A stretch of 64,000 nt of DNA. Origin: Leucoraja ocellata (lineage: Eukaryota). This document shows, one piece after another, positions 62,278 through 64,000 of the stretch; position 1 is the stretch's first letter, and each line of letters opens with the position of its first letter. The stretch spans positions 434,001 through 498,000 of the forward strand of contig JAWMAR010000465.1 in NCBI GenBank assembly GCA_036785375.1, in the 5' to 3' direction. Made by a program: the position numbers and the translations under genes. The notes under the pieces were generated by a model that ran no database searches, was not told the origin of the DNA, and saw only the letters and a list, made by a program, of their open reading frames with translations.

Positions 62278-63800
62278 GTAAGTATTATTAATTTTCATTT
62301 CCCAAAATTTAATAAATATATGATCAGATATCTGGCGGAATTAGCCACACTGTACCAGTTGGCGGTTTTGGATAAAACTAACATTCATTTAACTTTGAAA
62401 CCTTGTTTCTACAAAGATTTGTCAGTGTTAACATACATGCATGCACACAGACAGGCACTTTACCCAGATTTACGTAACGTACATTTAATCCCCACACCTA
62501 CAATTTATAGGCTAACTGCACATTGAACGATTGGTGATGCTTTTCCAGAACCTTTGGCTCACATCTCTGACAATTGCTGCACTTTCACAAATCTATAACT
62601 AGCTGCCACTTGCTGTACAACATTCTTTGGAAGTTCTTTATTTCTGCATTTTCAGTGACATAAAGGCAAAGTTTTCAACAAAAAGCCTGCATTGTTACAA
62701 AATATCTAGACCTTCTTGCAGTATTTTAAAATGCTGGCAGTGCAATGCAGAACGTTTTTTATCACTCCGAAAAAAGAGCAAGAACATTTATAGGTTCATG
62801 AATCCAAAGTTACGGGATAATGTAAACAGCTTGGATAGATATCTTAAATAATAATGTGATGGTCATAGGCTTGGAATTCTCTCACACACAGTTGCTGATG
62901 AATGCAAATGTTAATTTCAAACATGAGCAATAGATTTTTGACAATCAAAATATTATAAAAATTATGAAATGGCAGAATTATAAAGTAAACTCCTGGATCA
63001 ATCCTGTCCTCCGACAGAACTGCTAAGGACACTAAATTGTGTCCTATCTTTTCCTACACCAGTTTATGGTAGTTACTCAGTTTATCATGTGAGTTTCAAA
63101 GTAACCCTGACAAATTGGCAATAGCCTATTTGAACCAGAGATGTCTGCTAACTCCAAATAGATTGATACTTGTGATCACCTTTTGGGCAAAATGAATAAT
63201 TATACTTAGACAAAAAATTGGAATGCTGTATTTGATGGGTGGGAATTCATTTGAAATCAATTAGAATGTAGAGACAATACATGTGTTCCAAAGACTTGTT
63301 TGCTAGAATGTATCCATGATTTTGAACATTATTACTTCGTTAGTTTGGGGACTGTTTCAAATCTGAATATTATGCCTTCGTGATTCTAGAACTTTTGTAA
63401 TGTGTACTTTTAAAATGATGTATTAACTGATCTCTCTTTAGAATGCAGGGAGACATTTTGAGGAAGTACCATGTCAATTAACTAGCTACTTTATGTTATT
63501 ATGTTAGAAATCTGTTTACAAATTGAGATTTTCTTTTAGTTCTTATTAAAAAAAATTATAGCTCAACTTTTTCTTGGAATAATTGGACGTTTCTCTACAA
63601 TTTTGTTGATTACAAGGCTTTGCAAATTATTATCACAGAGATTATGCAATATAGAAGAAAGTATCCTTAAGTCATTCTAGACAAAAGTAACAATGGTCGG
63701 TTAGGTTTCAGTGGATGTATCATCTTGGAATCTAGTGTTTCTACGTGGAGAGATAACAAATAATTAAATAAATAAATACAAGAAAGAGAAAGTGAGGAAA

Positions 63801-64000
63801 ATGAGCCAAGACGGCAGAGGAATTAGAGTATGGGTAGAACAAATGGATGAGGCTGTGGTGGCAGAAGATACACCTGATGAGAGATTGCCATTGGAGGACA
63901 TAGTTGATGGATATAATACATCAGGAGAAAAACGGACATTATGTCAATGTTTCCAACAATTCTGGCAACTTTGCGTTGCAGTGGTGAGGTTTTTCTATCA
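63801..64000 (+). CDS. Candidate alternative first coding exon (MSQDGRGIRVWVEQMDEAV...), open to the window end
   Basis: aaaATG after an in-frame stop at 63765; no stop through 64000; possible donor GTG|gtgagg at 63983/63984. Confidence 0.45.
   Translation, partial: MSQDGRGIRVWVEQMDEAVVAEDTPDERLPLEDIVDGYNTSGEKRTLCQCFQQFWQLCVAVVRFFY

Noticed and set aside
62627-62851. Possible next TMC5 exon
   Set aside because: The open frame is phase-incompatible with the phase-1 donor at 62277 and shows no TMC5-like motif

Overview
Vertebrate genomic DNA, very repeat-rich. The repeat repertoire (HE1/V-SINE-type SINEs, abundant CR1, Neptune-type Penelope elements) suggests a cartilaginous fish such as a skate or ray; this is inference. 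A complete 16-exon TMC7 gene lies on the minus strand (ATG 44230 to TAG 4626, about 710 aa), with one 1-nt frame discrepancy at the exon 6/7 junction. Head-to-head with it on the plus strand is the 5' part of a probable TMC5 gene (exons from about 48.5 kb to the window end). The introns hold nested mobile elements: CR1, L2, Rex/Babar and Vingi LINEs, Penelope elements, Tc1, hAT, Harbinger, Helitrons and a solo LTR. Highlights: (1) a 135-bp Vingi-derived element whose first base is the cleavage site of a minimal HDV-like ribozyme; (2) a family of short TSD-flanked Penelope-terminal elements carrying a minimal hammerhead-ribozyme core, some as head-to-head palindromes; (3) a TMC7/TMC5 divergent pair mirroring mammalian TMC8/TMC6; (4) a 6x36-bp G-quadruplex/GC-box VNTR directly upstream of the TMC7 ATG. 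Gene and family names rest on recalled protein motifs, not database searches.
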